Below the pieces are notes generated by a model. That model saw only the letters and a list, made by a program, of their open reading frames with translations. It ran no database searches and was not told the DNA's origin. Both the position numbers and the translations under genes were made by a program. A stretch of 60,619 bases of DNA, counting the filler. It is 3 parts of 3 records of this genome, joined end to end, with 100 filler letters (N's around TTAATTAATTAA, not from the genome) between each part and the next. Parts side by side here need not be neighbours in the genome. Positions count along the whole stretch, not along the records: positions 28,613 to 51,645 come from SRR31156797_2152; 2 more parts are not named here. One strand, 5' to 3'. The first letter of the stretch is position 1. The number at the start of each line of letters is the position of its first letter. Of this stretch, positions 36,882-47,820 are shown in pieces.

Positions 36882-37076
36882 CGTATTCTCCCTATTTTCA
36901 GTGTTCCGTTTTGAAGAACTGTTTTTGTTTTTTGCCGGCCCATCACTGAGCCAGGAACCGATCAAATTTGTTTACGTTGAAAAAACACAATTCGTTTCGC
37001 CCCACCCCCGTTGGCATCCCAAGTTCCCGGCCTTGTGGCCTTGGTTGTCCGTCCATGCCGTTGCATGGGTTAGCTT

Positions 37077-38024
37077 TCAGTCGAGTCCGATCAACGCTGC
37101 CGCGTTATCCGATATCATTCTGCGAATGTCCGAATCCCGGTACTGCAGATCGAGCAACATGTTGACGATGTGCTGAAATCCGACGATCGGATGCCCGTTC
37201 CCGCGTTGACCGAGATCCGATCCGAAGAACGTGCGTTCGACGCCCGCAGCCGCGATGACATCGCGCAGTTCATCGGGACGGTTGTTGTCCTCCTGGGTGA
37301 CCGGCACGAACATGCCAATCGAATGCTCGATGACGGCACCCATTGCGACAAGCGCGCGAACGTCGTCGAGCGTGCACCCGATGATGTAGGTCGGATGGTT
37401 GACCAGCAGCCGCTTTATGCCGCGTTTCTTCGCTTCCTCGAAAAGAGGCCAGATCTCGCGGATGTTGAGATGGCCCGACGACAGAACGGCGTCGTGGCGA
37501 GCGATGGCGTCGAGGATGACCTTGACTTCGTCCTTCAGCTTGCCCGAGTCGTCGAGGACCGTAAGCGGCACCGGCGCCGGCATGGGTTTTTCCGGCTTCG
37601 GGAATTTTCCCTTCGGATCCCCCTTGCCCTTTTCATGTTCGAGATGGTTGGCCGCCGACAGGGTGGGCATCCACACCATCCGCGCCCCGAGGTTGAGGCC
37701 ATGTTCGACGACGAATGGATTGAAGGCTCCGCTGGCGTTGTTGAGGGGCACGCCCGAGAGCATCTCCACGTTCCTGGAACCGTAGAGGGAATTGAGCTGG
37801 TTCACGAGCGCCGCGGCCGAATAGTAGTGGTCCTTGACGAGCACCGCTCGCATTCCAACCTCGACAGCTTCTCGCATCGCCTGTTCGGCATCGAGGGCGC
37901 GCGGCATGATCGAGGGGCCGCAGTGGCAGTGCAGATCGATCGACCCTACCAGCATCTGATTGATTACCGGCCACCGCTCCTGCGGGATGTGCGGGGAAGA
38001 ACCTGCGGTTGGTATCGTGCTCAT
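37077..38024 (-). CDS. Metal-dependent TIM-barrel hydrolase (DUF6282 / phosphotriesterase-like)
   Basis: DLHCHCGP, LVKDHY, VWMPT, SSGH, NHP, GSDLGQ. Confidence 0.8.
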   Translation of the reverse strand: MSTIPTAGSSPHIPQERWPVINQMLVGSIDLHCHCGPSIMPRALDAEQAMREAVEVGMRAVLVKDHYYSAAALVNQLNSLYGSRNVEMLSGVPLNNASGAFNPFVVEHGLNLGARMVWMPTLSAANHLEHEKGKGDPKGKFPKPEKPMPAPVPLTVLDDSGKLKDEVKVILDAIARHDAVLSSGHLNIREIWPLFEEAKKRGIKRLLVNHPTYIIGCTLDDVRALVAMGAVIEHSIGMFVPVTQEDNNRPDELRDVIAAAGVERTFFGSDLGQRGNGHPIVGFQHIVNMLLDLQYRDSDIRRMISDNAAALIGLD

Positions 38025-38177
38025 CGACGAATTCTCCGTTTGCGGAGGCACTGGAGGCGCCTCATCTGTCTTATTTATATTTCTTTCAACGGTACAACGT
38101 TTTTCTTAGCGGCACAATATGCGCGCAACATCCTCGGCCGACGTACTGCCAACGTACGGGCGACGTTTACAAGCGCT

Positions 38178-39866
38178 CTATTTTCTGGGCGCCCATGGTT
38201 CCGGGGCCGGATGTTCCGGATCGGTGACGACGTCGATCACGACGGGACGGGTTTCCTTGAATGCCTCGTCCAGCGCCGGCGCGATGTCCTGTGCCCGCTC
38301 GACGCGGATCCCACGGCATCCGAACCCTTCGGCAAGATCGGCGAAGTTGACGCGGGTGAACGCCATCAACTCGTCCTTGTTGCCGTTGATGTTCTCGTAG
38401 AAGACGTCGATCTCGGTCTTCGATTGCTGCAGAACCGAATTGTCGTTGACGATGGTAACCGTGTTGATGCCGTAGCGCGCCGCCGTTTCCAACTCGGTCA
38501 TGTGATAGTAGAGCCCGCCGTCCCCGGTGAAGCACACGACCGGGCGATCCGGCGCCGCGCACTTTGCGCCGAGGGACGCCGGCAGCGACCAACCAAGCGA
38601 ACCGGCGGCGCTCATGTATTTCTGGCCCGGCGACAGGATCGGCAGGTAGTTCGCCGTCCAGATGCCGGAAAAGCCGGTATCGGCGACGACGATGGCATCC
38701 GCCGGCAGCCCCCGCGTCACTTCGGCGCACAGCCGTTCGACGCGGATCGGAACCGCATCCGAGGCCCCCAGGGGGTCGGTCTCCCGCTTCCATGCCTCGA
38801 CGACGCTGCTGGCCTGGTCGGCCCACTTGGCGTGCTTGGCGGGCGCGTCGCCAATTACGTCCAGCAACCCGCGCAAGGTTGCTTTCGGATCTCCCATCAA
38901 GCCGAGCGCGCCGGGATAGTTCCGTCCCAATTCCGACGGATCGATATCGATCTGGATGACGGCAATACCCGGCCGCGGGACCTGCCAGTCATGGGTGACC
39001 AGATCGCCCGTGTGACTGCCCACATAGAGGACCAAGTCGGCCTCGGAAACGACCTGATTGGCACAGCGCCGCGAATAACGGCCGACGACGCCCACGGAAA
39101 GCGGATGATCCTCCAGAATCAGCCCTTTGCCGCCGGTTGACGTCGCCACCGGAACCGACATCTTTTCCGCCAGTTCGACGATCTCAGGGCCGGCGCTGCT
39201 TGCCGTCGCCCCGGCGCCGGCGACGATCACCGGGCGCTCCGCCTTGGCAAGCCTTTCCGCGGCCTTGGAAAGGCGCTCGCCCTCGGCGCACGGCCGGTGC
39301 GGAGCGAGGTGCGTTGAATCCTCCTCGATGATCACCGCCATTTCCGCCTCGCCAACCTCGGTCACTTGCGCCGACAGGCCCTGCAGATCGAGGTGGACGG
39401 GTCGCGGCGTGCCGGAAACGACCTCGCGGAAGGCCTGTCTGAGCACGTGCGGAAACTGCGCCACAGTTTCCACATTAACGTTGAACTTGGTAACCGCCTC
39501 GTAGAGGGGGTGATGGATGAGTTCCTGGTAGCCGCTCTTGTACTGAAGCTCGGCCTGCTTGCGTCCGGTAATCGCAACCACCGGCGAGCGCGCCAGATAG
39601 GCGTCCTGAAGGCCGGCCGCCAGGTTGGCCGCCCCCACGGACTGCGCCAAACAGATTCCCGGCCGGCCGCTGACGCGGGCATAACCATCCGCCATGTACG
39701 CTGCCGACTTCTCCGAATGGGCAAGTATCCGCCGGACTCCAAGGGTCTCAAGCTCAATGAGCGTGTATCTCGCGACGGCATCGACGAAAAAGACATGGCT
39801 GACGTCATGTCCCTTCAGCGTCCGCGCCAGTAATTCGGCACCCGTCATCGTTGCCGTCTTGCTCAT
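38178..39866 (-). CDS. Thiamine diphosphate-dependent enzyme (acetolactate synthase large subunit-like)
   Basis: HSEKSAAYMADGYAR, GDGG...VNDN ThDP motif. Confidence 0.92.
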   Translation of the reverse strand: MSKTATMTGAELLARTLKGHDVSHVFFVDAVARYTLIELETLGVRRILAHSEKSAAYMADGYARVSGRPGICLAQSVGAANLAAGLQDAYLARSPVVAITGRKQAELQYKSGYQELIHHPLYEAVTKFNVNVETVAQFPHVLRQAFREVVSGTPRPVHLDLQGLSAQVTEVGEAEMAVIIEEDSTHLAPHRPCAEGERLSKAAERLAKAERPVIVAGAGATASSAGPEIVELAEKMSVPVATSTGGKGLILEDHPLSVGVVGRYSRRCANQVVSEADLVLYVGSHTGDLVTHDWQVPRPGIAVIQIDIDPSELGRNYPGALGLMGDPKATLRGLLDVIGDAPAKHAKWADQASSVVEAWKRETDPLGASDAVPIRVERLCAEVTRGLPADAIVVADTGFSGIWTANYLPILSPGQKYMSAAGSLGWSLPASLGAKCAAPDRPVVCFTGDGGLYYHMTELETAARYGINTVTIVNDNSVLQQSKTEIDVFYENINGNKDELMAFTRVNFADLAEGFGCRGIRVERAQDIAPALDEAFKETRPVVIDVVTDPEHPAPEPWAPRK

Positions 39867-40119
39867 TATTTTTCTCCCTTGGTCATCATCGTCCGCGAGG
39901 AAGAGCTTCCTCGCATCCATCCCCGTTTAAAACATCGGTTGCGGCCGACGTTTCGTGATTGCTGGCAAGTAGACCGTCAGTTTGCGGCGACGATGCGTTG
40001 CCTTCCAGGGTGCGCGATGGATGATTTCACCTATTGAAATACTGCCAACGTCGCCGCGCGCCTGCGGCGACTTCCGTATAGATTTATCCAACCCCGTGCA
40101 CATTGTGGAGTTTCCTTCG

Positions 40120-40902
40120 ATGCCGGCATCAAAACCGCCGTACACAGAGTTTCGCCGCAGACTGAAGGCGCGCGAATTCCTTCTCGGCACATTCATCAAG
40201 ACGCCGACGACGCACGCCACCGAAATCCTGGGCATTCTGGGATTCGATTTTGTCATAATCGACCGGGAACACGCACCATTCGACGCCGGAACCATCGACA
40301 CGATGGTCCTGGCGGCGCGAGCCTCGAACGTCGCCGGCATCGTGCGCGTCGGCAACCCAAGCGACGCCGATATCCTGTCGGTGCTGGACTGCGGAGCCAC
40401 CGGGATTCTCGTTCCCCACGTTGATTCAGCCGAGAAGGCGCGGGCGATTGCGGCGGCGTGTCGTTATCGCGGCGGCACGCGCGGCTTTGCCAACACGACG
40501 CGGGCCGGGGGATTCGGCGAAGCCTCGTTCGCAGACCATATGACAGCACAGGATTCGCAGGTAACGTGCGTGGCCATGATCGAGGACGTGGCCGCCCTGG
40601 ACGAGATCGACGCCATCGCCTCGGTCGACGGCATCGATGCGTTCTTCATCGGTCGCGGCGACCTTACGGCGGCCATCGAGGCGCCGTCGATGACTTCGCC
40701 GGAAACCCACAAGCTTGTCGCGCCGATCATGGCAGCGGCGCGCAAGGCGGACATGCCGGTGATCATGCTGTCGCCCGACCGGGCCGATGCCGTCGCCATG
40801 GCCGAACTCGGGGCCAGCGCCTTTATCGTTTCGAGCGACCACGGCTTTCTTAAACAGGCGGCGCGCCAGGCGATCAAGGAATTCGCGCCGCCGATCGGCT
40901 GA
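40120..40902 (+). CDS. HpcH/HpaI class II pyruvate aldolase family protein
   Basis: DFVIIDREHAP, LDCGATGILVPHV, AMIE, FIGRGDL. Confidence 0.93.
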   Translation: MPASKPPYTEFRRRLKAREFLLGTFIKTPTTHATEILGILGFDFVIIDREHAPFDAGTIDTMVLAARASNVAGIVRVGNPSDADILSVLDCGATGILVPHVDSAEKARAIAAACRYRGGTRGFANTTRAGGFGEASFADHMTAQDSQVTCVAMIEDVAALDEIDAIASVDGIDAFFIGRGDLTAAIEAPSMTSPETHKLVAPIMAAARKADMPVIMLSPDRADAVAMAELGASAFIVSSDHGFLKQAARQAIKEFAPPIG

Positions 40903-41080
40903 CCGGGACCGGCATTGTATTTTTTACGGTCCACATCGTAGTTCACCTGTTTCAACCACCGAAAACGCCGTCGATTGTCCATGCAGGAGCCATCATCATC
41001 GTCGCCCGTTGCGCTTTGCGTGCGTTAGGATTTCAGATGAAGCCGTGCTTGAACGGACCGCACTTCGAAAGGAAAGCGTC

Positions 41081-41539
41081 ATGAAAATCTCGGAAGAACG
41101 CCTTGCAATAACCCGTGAGCTTTACGCGCTATTGGTCGACTATTGGCACGACGTCGATACCAATTGGGGCCGCAAGGCGCCGGACTACTATACAGAGGAA
41201 GCGGTCTTCGAAGGCCCTGCGGCCTCCTATGAAGGGCGCGAAAAAATCAGGGCGTTCTACAAATGGCGCGAGGATCGCGGCGCGCGAACGGTCGTGCACA
41301 GCATACACAATTTCCAGGCAATTCCCGACGGTCCCGACAAAGCCGTGTGTCATTGGTTCCTGATGCTCTACGGCGCCGACGGGACGCCGGTTCTTCCGAC
41401 CCATCCGCCCATTCAAATCGCCTATATGACCGATCATTGCATCCGTGACGATGATGGCTGGCTGGTGACATACCGCAAGTTCGAAACTTTGTTCGAAGGC
41501 GGAACACCGACGACCAATCCGAATCTCGACGACGCCTAA
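41081..41539 (+). CDS. SnoaL/NTF2-like fold protein
   Basis: YWHDVD...YYTEEAVF...YEGREKIRAF...H...DDGWLVTYR; AAGGA before ATG 41081. Confidence 0.85.
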   Translation: MKISEERLAITRELYALLVDYWHDVDTNWGRKAPDYYTEEAVFEGPAASYEGREKIRAFYKWREDRGARTVVHSIHNFQAIPDGPDKAVCHWFLMLYGADGTPVLPTHPPIQIAYMTDHCIRDDDGWLVTYRKFETLFEGGTPTTNPNLDDA

Positions 41540-41700
41540 CTTTCCTTGGGGACCCTGAATTTCTTTGGGGATCATGTGCGACGGAAGCCGGCATCGGCGC
41601 TTCCGGCCGATTCTTGGCCTGAATAGAGTCCGGACCGAAAACGGTCTGGGCGACCAACAGCAGGTTTCCTGCACCCTGCTTCCCAGCGCAGCACGCGCGC

Positions 41701-42687
41701 CTAGAACCCCATTTCGAGGGCGGCGTGCGCCTCCATCTGCTCCAGGCCGCCGGCATTCACAAACGCAAAAGCCTCTTCGATCTTGGTGATCGTCGCCTGG
41801 AGAGGCGCGACGATTTGTTCGGCGATGTCGCTCTTGGCAATCGCCGTCGTGAAAAAGCTGATGCTGACCAGTGCATGCACGGTCTCGTTCTCGCGTATGG
41901 GCATGGCAAGCGTCGTCGTACAGTGGGGTTTGGTTTTCGGATCGCGTGTCGCGTAGCCGACCTGGCGGATGCGGTCGAGCAAAGCGCGGAAACACCGCTC
42001 GTTCGCCTCGTTGAAGTCACGGCTGGGATCCGACTTCAGCCAGTTGATCTGCTCGTTGCGCTCCTCCTCCGAACAAAACCCCAGATACGCCCGCCCCATT
42101 GCCGACGTCACCAAGTCCGGCCGCAACCCGAGCACCGTATTGGTGTGCGCCCACGGGCTGATCGCCCCGGTCCAGAACTTGAGTGCGACGGCGTGGCCGT
42201 CGATGCCACCGATTCCGATCGGCCATTTGATGCGCCGCGTCAGATCAATGGCCAGCGGTCGCGAAATTTCAATAACCTGGGAAATCCCCTCGTATCCGGA
42301 AGTGAGCTCCTGCACCCGGTGGGTCACCCTGTAGCCGCCGCACATATTGTCGCGCGCGACATAGCCTTCGGCCATCAACGTCTCGAGCATGCGAACGATG
42401 GTCGGCTTCGGGAAGCCGGTTTCTTCGTAGATGTTGGTGATCGACGCGATGCGAAGCTTGTTGACGGTCCTGAGTACATCGAACGCCCTGCATACGGATT
42501 CGACAGGGGGGTAGGACCGCTGTTTCGGGTCGGTGAGCCCCCGCCGCGAGTTGGTTCGGCACCGGCCTTTGGTATCCAGCCCGCCGATCCCGGGAATGGC
42601 CGCCGGTTCGCCCGCCGACCCATTGGCTCCGACCACTCCCTGCATACCCGACCTTACGATGTGCAAGGCCTCGGTTGTCGCGCCCAT
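41701..42687 (-). CDS. IclR-family regulator (MhpR-like)
   Basis: VESVCRAFDVL...TGFPKPTIVRMLETL, SAMGRAYL; long N-terminal extension, start uncertain. Confidence 0.88.
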   Translation of the reverse strand: MGATTEALHIVRSGMQGVVGANGSAGEPAAIPGIGGLDTKGRCRTNSRRGLTDPKQRSYPPVESVCRAFDVLRTVNKLRIASITNIYEETGFPKPTIVRMLETLMAEGYVARDNMCGGYRVTHRVQELTSGYEGISQVIEISRPLAIDLTRRIKWPIGIGGIDGHAVALKFWTGAISPWAHTNTVLGLRPDLVTSAMGRAYLGFCSEEERNEQINWLKSDPSRDFNEANERCFRALLDRIRQVGYATRDPKTKPHCTTTLAMPIRENETVHALVSISFFTTAIAKSDIAEQIVAPLQATITKIEEAFAFVNAGGLEQMEAHAALEMGF

Positions 42688-43073
42688 AGCAAATGCCTCC
42701 ACTCCGAAGCTGAGGCACGGCCCACCTTTTTGTTTTTCTTGTCACGCCGCTAAGGCGCATGCCTCCATAAATGCGGATCACCGCCATTTTTAATTATACG
42801 GTCAACCTGCACCCGGCGCCAATCTTCCGCCTGCCGGATCCGCCGGACCGGCGTTCCCGCTGTTCTCGTTCTCTCCCAACTGCCAATTCTAGACACCGTA
42901 CAGGCTCACGTATCACGTCCGAAGCCCTATTTCGCCTGTTGAAATTCGACATGAAACCGTTGGCGGGGCGAAAACACGGCAGCCATCATTGGAAAATGGC
43001 GTTGCGATGGCTCGTGATATCTCCATTCGGCGCTCGTGTGGCACGCATCAAGTGTTCAAAATTAAAGTGAATA

Positions 43074-43120
43074 ATAACAACCTGTTATGGTTGTATTGAT
43101 AACTTTTTCTAATAAAAAGT
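43074..43120. promoter_or_regulatory. Two AT-rich palindromes upstream of the cupin-tctBA operon
   Basis: ATAACA-ACC-TGTTAT (43074-43088) and ACTTTTT-CTAAT-AAAAAGT (43102-43120). Confidence 0.45.
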
Positions 43121-43160
43121 CGGATTCTGTTTAACAAAACTCTCCAGAGGACATGGAAAA

Positions 43161-44084
43161 ATGAGCGACAAACCCGCGAGACAGGCAACCAAGGCTGAGT
43201 TCCACAAGATGGATCCGCAAGTTGTCGACCCCGACGGCAAGGCAAAGACTTGGATCACGCGGGGCGGCAACTTCGCCGTCGCGGTATCGGAGGTCGAGCC
43301 CGGCGCCGTTCTGAAGCGTTCGGACAACCCGGAGGAATACATGGTCATCCTGCCCCCGGACGGGGTCGCGGCGACCATCGAGGCCGGGAGCGAGAAGATC
43401 GATGCTGCTTCCGATTCCCTGACCATCGTCCCCCCGGGGCCGAGCACGATCACGGCAACTTCAAAGGGGACTATCGCCCGCGTTCTTTCCAAGGCGTCCA
43501 AAGACATCATGGACCTGGCATGGAACGGCGATGTCTATGCCGACGGCGCGCCGGAACTTGCGCCGCCCGACCTTTGGCCGGATCCGTGCGATGGTTTCAA
43601 GCTGCGACACTATCCCCTGGCGCAGTATGCCGATCCCGACGGCGAGCGGATCCAGCCGCGCGTCTTCCGTTCGACCAACATGCTGGTGAATCTGTTCGTC
43701 CACTACAAGACACGGCGCGACACGACCCAACTCAGCCCCCATTGGCATGACGATTTCGAGCAGGCCTCACTGACCCTTAATGGCAGCTGGGTTCATCATA
43801 TGCGCTACGATTGGGGCGCGGACCTCAGCACCTGGCGGGAAGACGATCACGGCGAGATGGGAACACCGTCGGTGATCATCATTCCGCCACCCATCGTCCA
43901 TACAAGCCGCGACGTCGGCGAAGGCGAATCGTCGCTTTATGATATCTTTTGCCCGCCGCGGCTCGATTTCGCGAGCAAGAAGGGCTTTGTCATCAACGAA
44001 GACGAATATCCCCTTCCCGACGTGCCGACCGATGACAAGACGAAAACGGGTGGTACGCTGTTGTCCTGGCAAAAACCGGGGTGA
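43161..44084 (+). CDS. Hypothetical bicupin-like metalloprotein
   Basis: SPHWHDDFEQ...IIIPPPIVH cupin metal motif; beta-rich N-terminal half with LTIVPPG. Confidence 0.75.
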   Translation: MSDKPARQATKAEFHKMDPQVVDPDGKAKTWITRGGNFAVAVSEVEPGAVLKRSDNPEEYMVILPPDGVAATIEAGSEKIDAASDSLTIVPPGPSTITATSKGTIARVLSKASKDIMDLAWNGDVYADGAPELAPPDLWPDPCDGFKLRHYPLAQYADPDGERIQPRVFRSTNMLVNLFVHYKTRRDTTQLSPHWHDDFEQASLTLNGSWVHHMRYDWGADLSTWREDDHGEMGTPSVIIIPPPIVHTSRDVGEGESSLYDIFCPPRLDFASKKGFVINEDEYPLPDVPTDDKTKTGGTLLSWQKPG

Positions 44085-44287
44085 GGTGAGTTTTTGGTCC
44101 GGCGGGAGAACGTCGCCGCCTTCCCGTCCATTATCAGGGGAGCGCACCTTGATCGGCGGCGAGCCGCGAGACTACCGTTATTAAGGTGGTCGGGCTCGCC
44201 ATTGCCTACTCCCGGGCGGGTGTGGTTGTCGGAGATGCCGGCGGCCGCCGACTTTTTAGCTGACGCAGCTGGAGCCGAAGAAGCCTC

Positions 44288-44743
44288 ATGAATGTAAATA
44301 CGCGGGACCTTGCCGCCGGCGCGATCTTTGTTGTGATCGGCCTTTTCTTTGCATTGGACGCCTGGCTCAACCTGAGGATGGGCGAGGCGTTTGCGATGGG
44401 GCCGGGATATTTCCCGGCCTTGCTGGGATCGATTCTCGTCGTGTTCGGCATCGCCATCGCCGCCACCGCGATCGGCAAGCCGAAGGAAGTCTTCGGAAAG
44501 GTGTCCTGGCGCGGTGTCATCCTGGTAGCGGCGTCGATCATCTTCTTCGCCGTCACCGTCCGCGGATTGGGCATGGCGCTGTCGCTCGGCGGTGCGTGCG
44601 TGATGGCCAGTCTCTCGACGAACAGGAACACCGTCGTCCAGTCCCTGATCGTCAGCCTTTGCATCACCACGTTCAGCATTCTGGTTTTTGTCGTCGGGCT
44701 ACGGTTGCCGTATCCGGTAATCGGCCCGTGGCTCGGCGGATGA
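44288..44743 (+). CDS. tctB: TTT small membrane subunit
   Basis: MGPGYFP, 4 TM segments, GLRLPYP. Confidence 0.93.
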   Translation: MNVNTRDLAAGAIFVVIGLFFALDAWLNLRMGEAFAMGPGYFPALLGSILVVFGIAIAATAIGKPKEVFGKVSWRGVILVAASIIFFAVTVRGLGMALSLGGACVMASLSTNRNTVVQSLIVSLCITTFSILVFVVGLRLPYPVIGPWLGG

Positions 44744-44753
44744 GGGCGCTTCA

Positions 44754-46265
44754 ATGGAACTGATCGATCACCTTGCACTCGGCTTCGGAACGGCGCTGTC
44801 GCCCGACAACGTCTTCTACTGCTTTGCCGGCGCGCTCATAGGCACCTTCATCGGCGTGTTGCCGGGCATCGGCCCGACGGCGACCGTCGCCATGCTGTTG
44901 CCGATCACCTACTACCTGTCGCCCGAGGCTTCGCTGATTATGCTGGCCGGCATCTATTATGGGTCTCAGTACGGGGGTTCGACGACGGCGATCCTGGTCA
45001 ATCTGCCGGGAGAAGTGTCCTCTTCGGTAACGGCCATCGACGGTTATCAAATGGCACGCCAGGGACTGGCCGGAAAGGCGCTGGCCATCGCCGCCATCGG
45101 GTCGTTCGTGGCCGGCACCTTCGCGACGTTCCTGATCGCCGTGGTCGCCGTTCCGCTCACCTCCATCGCGCTGAAGTTTGGATCGACGGAATACTTCGCG
45201 CTGATCCTGCTCGGCCTGGTTACCGCGACGGCGCTCGCCCACGGTTCCGTCCTCAAGGCGATGGCGATGATCATCACCGGCATGCTGTTCGGAATCATCG
45301 GCACCGACGTCGACAGCGGCGTATTTCGCTTCAATCTCGGCGTCATCGAGCTGTCCGACGGCCTTTCCATCGTCGCCGTGGCGCTGGGCATCTTCGGAAT
45401 AGCCGAGGTCTTGCGCAATCTGGAGCAGATGCCGGAAGGGATGGCTGGGCACGCCAAGATCACCAGTCTCATGCCGAGCAAGGACGATCTGCGTCAATCG
45501 GCCGCTCCGATCGCCCGCGGCTCCATCCTCGGGTCGTTCCTCGGGACGCTGCCGGGCGGCGGCTCGATTCTATCCGCCTTCTCATCCTACACGCTGGAGA
45601 AACGCATCTCGAAACATCCCGAACGCTTCGGCAAGGGAGCCATCGAAGGTGTCGCGGGTCCCGAATCGGCCAACAACGCCGGGGCACAGACGTCGTTCGT
45701 GCCCATGCTGACCCTCGGCATCCCGTCACATCCGCTGATGGCGCTGATGATGGGCGCCATGATGATTCAGGGCATCCAGCCGGGCCCCAACGTCGTTCAC
45801 GATCAACCCACCCTGTTCTGGGGCGTCATCGCCTCCATGTGGATCGGCAACGCCATGCTGATCGTCCTCAACCTGCCGCTGGTCGGTATCTGGGTCAGCA
45901 TGCTGAAAATCCCGTACAAATACCTGCTGCCGGCGATCGTCGCATTTTCCATGATCGGCGTCTTTACCGTCAGCAACAGCGGGTTCGACGTCTACATCCT
46001 GGCGATCTTCGGTCTCCTCGGATATCTGTTCTCCAAGGTCGGGTGCGAACCGGCGCCTTTCCTCATGGGGTTCGTCTTGGGATCGATGCTGGAGGAGCAC
46101 CTGCGTCGCGCCATGGTTTTCTCACACGGTGATCCCATCGTGTTTCTGACGCATCCGATCAGCGCTGGGCTTCTGGTGGCGACCGTCTTCGTTCTGATCG
46201 TCGTGACCTTTCCGTCGATCAAGAAGGCACGCGAGGAAATCTTCGTGGAAGAGGAAGGCACCTGA
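44754..46265 (+). CDS. tctA: TTT permease
   Basis: [30 protein letters not shown]. Confidence 0.96.
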   Translation: MELIDHLALGFGTALSPDNVFYCFAGALIGTFIGVLPGIGPTATVAMLLPITYYLSPEASLIMLAGIYYGSQYGGSTTAILVNLPGEVSSSVTAIDGYQMARQGLAGKALAIAAIGSFVAGTFATFLIAVVAVPLTSIALKFGSTEYFALILLGLVTATALAHGSVLKAMAMIITGMLFGIIGTDVDSGVFRFNLGVIELSDGLSIVAVALGIFGIAEVLRNLEQMPEGMAGHAKITSLMPSKDDLRQSAAPIARGSILGSFLGTLPGGGSILSAFSSYTLEKRISKHPERFGKGAIEGVAGPESANNAGAQTSFVPMLTLGIPSHPLMALMMGAMMIQGIQPGPNVVHDQPTLFWGVIASMWIGNAMLIVLNLPLVGIWVSMLKIPYKYLLPAIVAFSMIGVFTVSNSGFDVYILAIFGLLGYLFSKVGCEPAPFLMGFVLGSMLEEHLRRAMVFSHGDPIVFLTHPISAGLLVATVFVLIVVTFPSIKKAREEIFVEEEGT

Positions 46266-46521
46266 AACCGGCACCTGGGCCGCCCAAGGATTCGCCCGTC
46301 GCAACAGATCGCATCCTTCCCGCTTCTCTTTCCGCCCCTTTTTGGGTCACCGGCTGCCGTGCAGGCGCATTTGCACAACGCGTGCGCGGCGGTGCCTTCG
46401 TTCAAATCCGCCCCCCAACGCCTTTTATACTCAACCTCCCACGACACCGATCGCGGCGTGCCTTTCCCCCGGTCCGACCGGACCGCGCGCAATGGATCGA
46501 TTTGACGAGTCCCGACCTTGG

Positions 46522-46559
46522 ACAAAAGAAAACCGACCCGAAGCACGCTTCGGGTCGGT
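46522..46559 (-). terminator. Intrinsic terminator for the second tctC
   Basis: ACCGACCCGAAGC / GCTTCGGGTCGGT followed by TTTTCTTTT on the minus strand. Confidence 0.75.
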
Positions 46560-46613
46560 CGAGAGAGAGGTGAGCGTTCCGCGACGGGGAGGAGCCCGTC
46601 AGGGATCGGCGGT

Positions 46614-47606
46614 CTATTTGATGCCGGTCCTTTTGATGAATTCCGCCAAATTCGCCTTTTCCTTCCTGAGTACCGCAACGAATTCGTCCGGCGAAGACGG
46701 TGCCGGCGTCGCACCCGATTTCGCCATCAGGGCGATGAAGCCGGGATCCTTCAGAGCTTCGTGGATCGCCGCGTTCATCTTCATGGTGATGTCCTTCGGC
46801 AGATTGGGCGGACCGAAGACCGACCACCAGATCTGCGCTGTTTCCATGCCCGGATATCCTTCTTCCGCCATGGTCGGGGCCTTCGGCGCGTCGGGCGGAT
46901 AGTTGCTGTCGGTATAGGCGAGAAGCTTCAACTTGCCGCCCTGGATCTGGCCGAGCGTGCTGGCCACCGTGACGAACATGAGCTGCAGGCGACCGGCGAC
47001 GAGATCGGTCTGGGCGTCGGCGGAGCTCTTGTAGTTGACGTTCTTGATGTTCAGGCCCGACACTTGGTTGAACATCTCGCCGTGCTGATGCTGCGTCGTG
47101 CCGATGCCGGCCATGCCGTAGAAGGTATCGTTCGGATGGGACTTGGCGTAGTCGAAGAATTCCTTGACGTTATTTGCCGGGACATCGGCCGGGATTACCA
47201 TGGCGGTCGGCGCACGCGCCAACGTGGTGATCGGCGTCAGGTCCTCCAACGGATCGAGATCGACCTTCATAATCGGCTTGAAGCCGACGACGCTGTTCGG
47301 AATCTCGAGGAACGTATAGCCGTCGGGTTCGGCCTTGACGACGGAATTGGAGCCGGTAAAGCCGCCCGCGCCGGGTCGGTTATCGACGACGAACGGTTGT
47401 CCGAGTTGTCTTGTCAGGATGTCCGACAAGGCCCGTGTGAATCTGTCGTTGCTAGCCCCCGGCCCGTAGGGAACGACCATCGTTACGGGACGATTGGGCC
47501 AATCCTCGGCCCCGGCGTTCCCAACGAAGGCCAACCCGACAAAACCTGCTGCCAGGGCCAGCGCGAGCACGGCACCGCGTGCCGGACGCATGCGGTTAAT
47601 AGACAT
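46614..47606 (-). CDS. tctC: TTT substrate-binding protein (Bug/TctC)
   Basis: WPNRPVTMVVPYGPG, VDNRPGAGG, PDGYT; AAGGAGG before ATG 47606. Confidence 0.94.
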   Translation of the reverse strand: MSINRMRPARGAVLALALAAGFVGLAFVGNAGAEDWPNRPVTMVVPYGPGASNDRFTRALSDILTRQLGQPFVVDNRPGAGGFTGSNSVVKAEPDGYTFLEIPNSVVGFKPIMKVDLDPLEDLTPITTLARAPTAMVIPADVPANNVKEFFDYAKSHPNDTFYGMAGIGTTQHQHGEMFNQVSGLNIKNVNYKSSADAQTDLVAGRLQLMFVTVASTLGQIQGGKLKLLAYTDSNYPPDAPKAPTMAEEGYPGMETAQIWWSVFGPPNLPKDITMKMNAAIHEALKDPGFIALMAKSGATPAPSSPDEFVAVLRKEKANLAEFIKRTGIK

Positions 47607-47820
47607 GATGCCCTCCTTGTTCGTGACTTCGGCCCGCTGGTATTGCACCCAGCCAGCGTCATATTGAAGGTAGTGTCGGGGCTACGGAGGTGCATCACGC
47701 CATCGAATTTGTTTCGATGCGCGAAATTGCATTGCCAATCACGTGGCAAAGCGCGCAGTTTCGAGCGAATACTGGCACGGAAACCAGGAAATTCGACACC
47801 TGCCATGGGAGGAGGGATCG

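Noticed and set aside
37170-39140. 656-aa plus-strand ORF and other long overlapping ORFs in the high-GC segment (e.g. 32166-33368, 33992-35158, 41725-42753, 46518-47894, 49071-50339)
   Set aside because: Antisense or off-frame shadows of well-supported genes; expected at high GC; Arg/Pro-rich with no motifs
43039-43054. TGGCAC as a sigma54 promoter (also near 47774)
   Set aside because: No TTGC/GC at the -12 position
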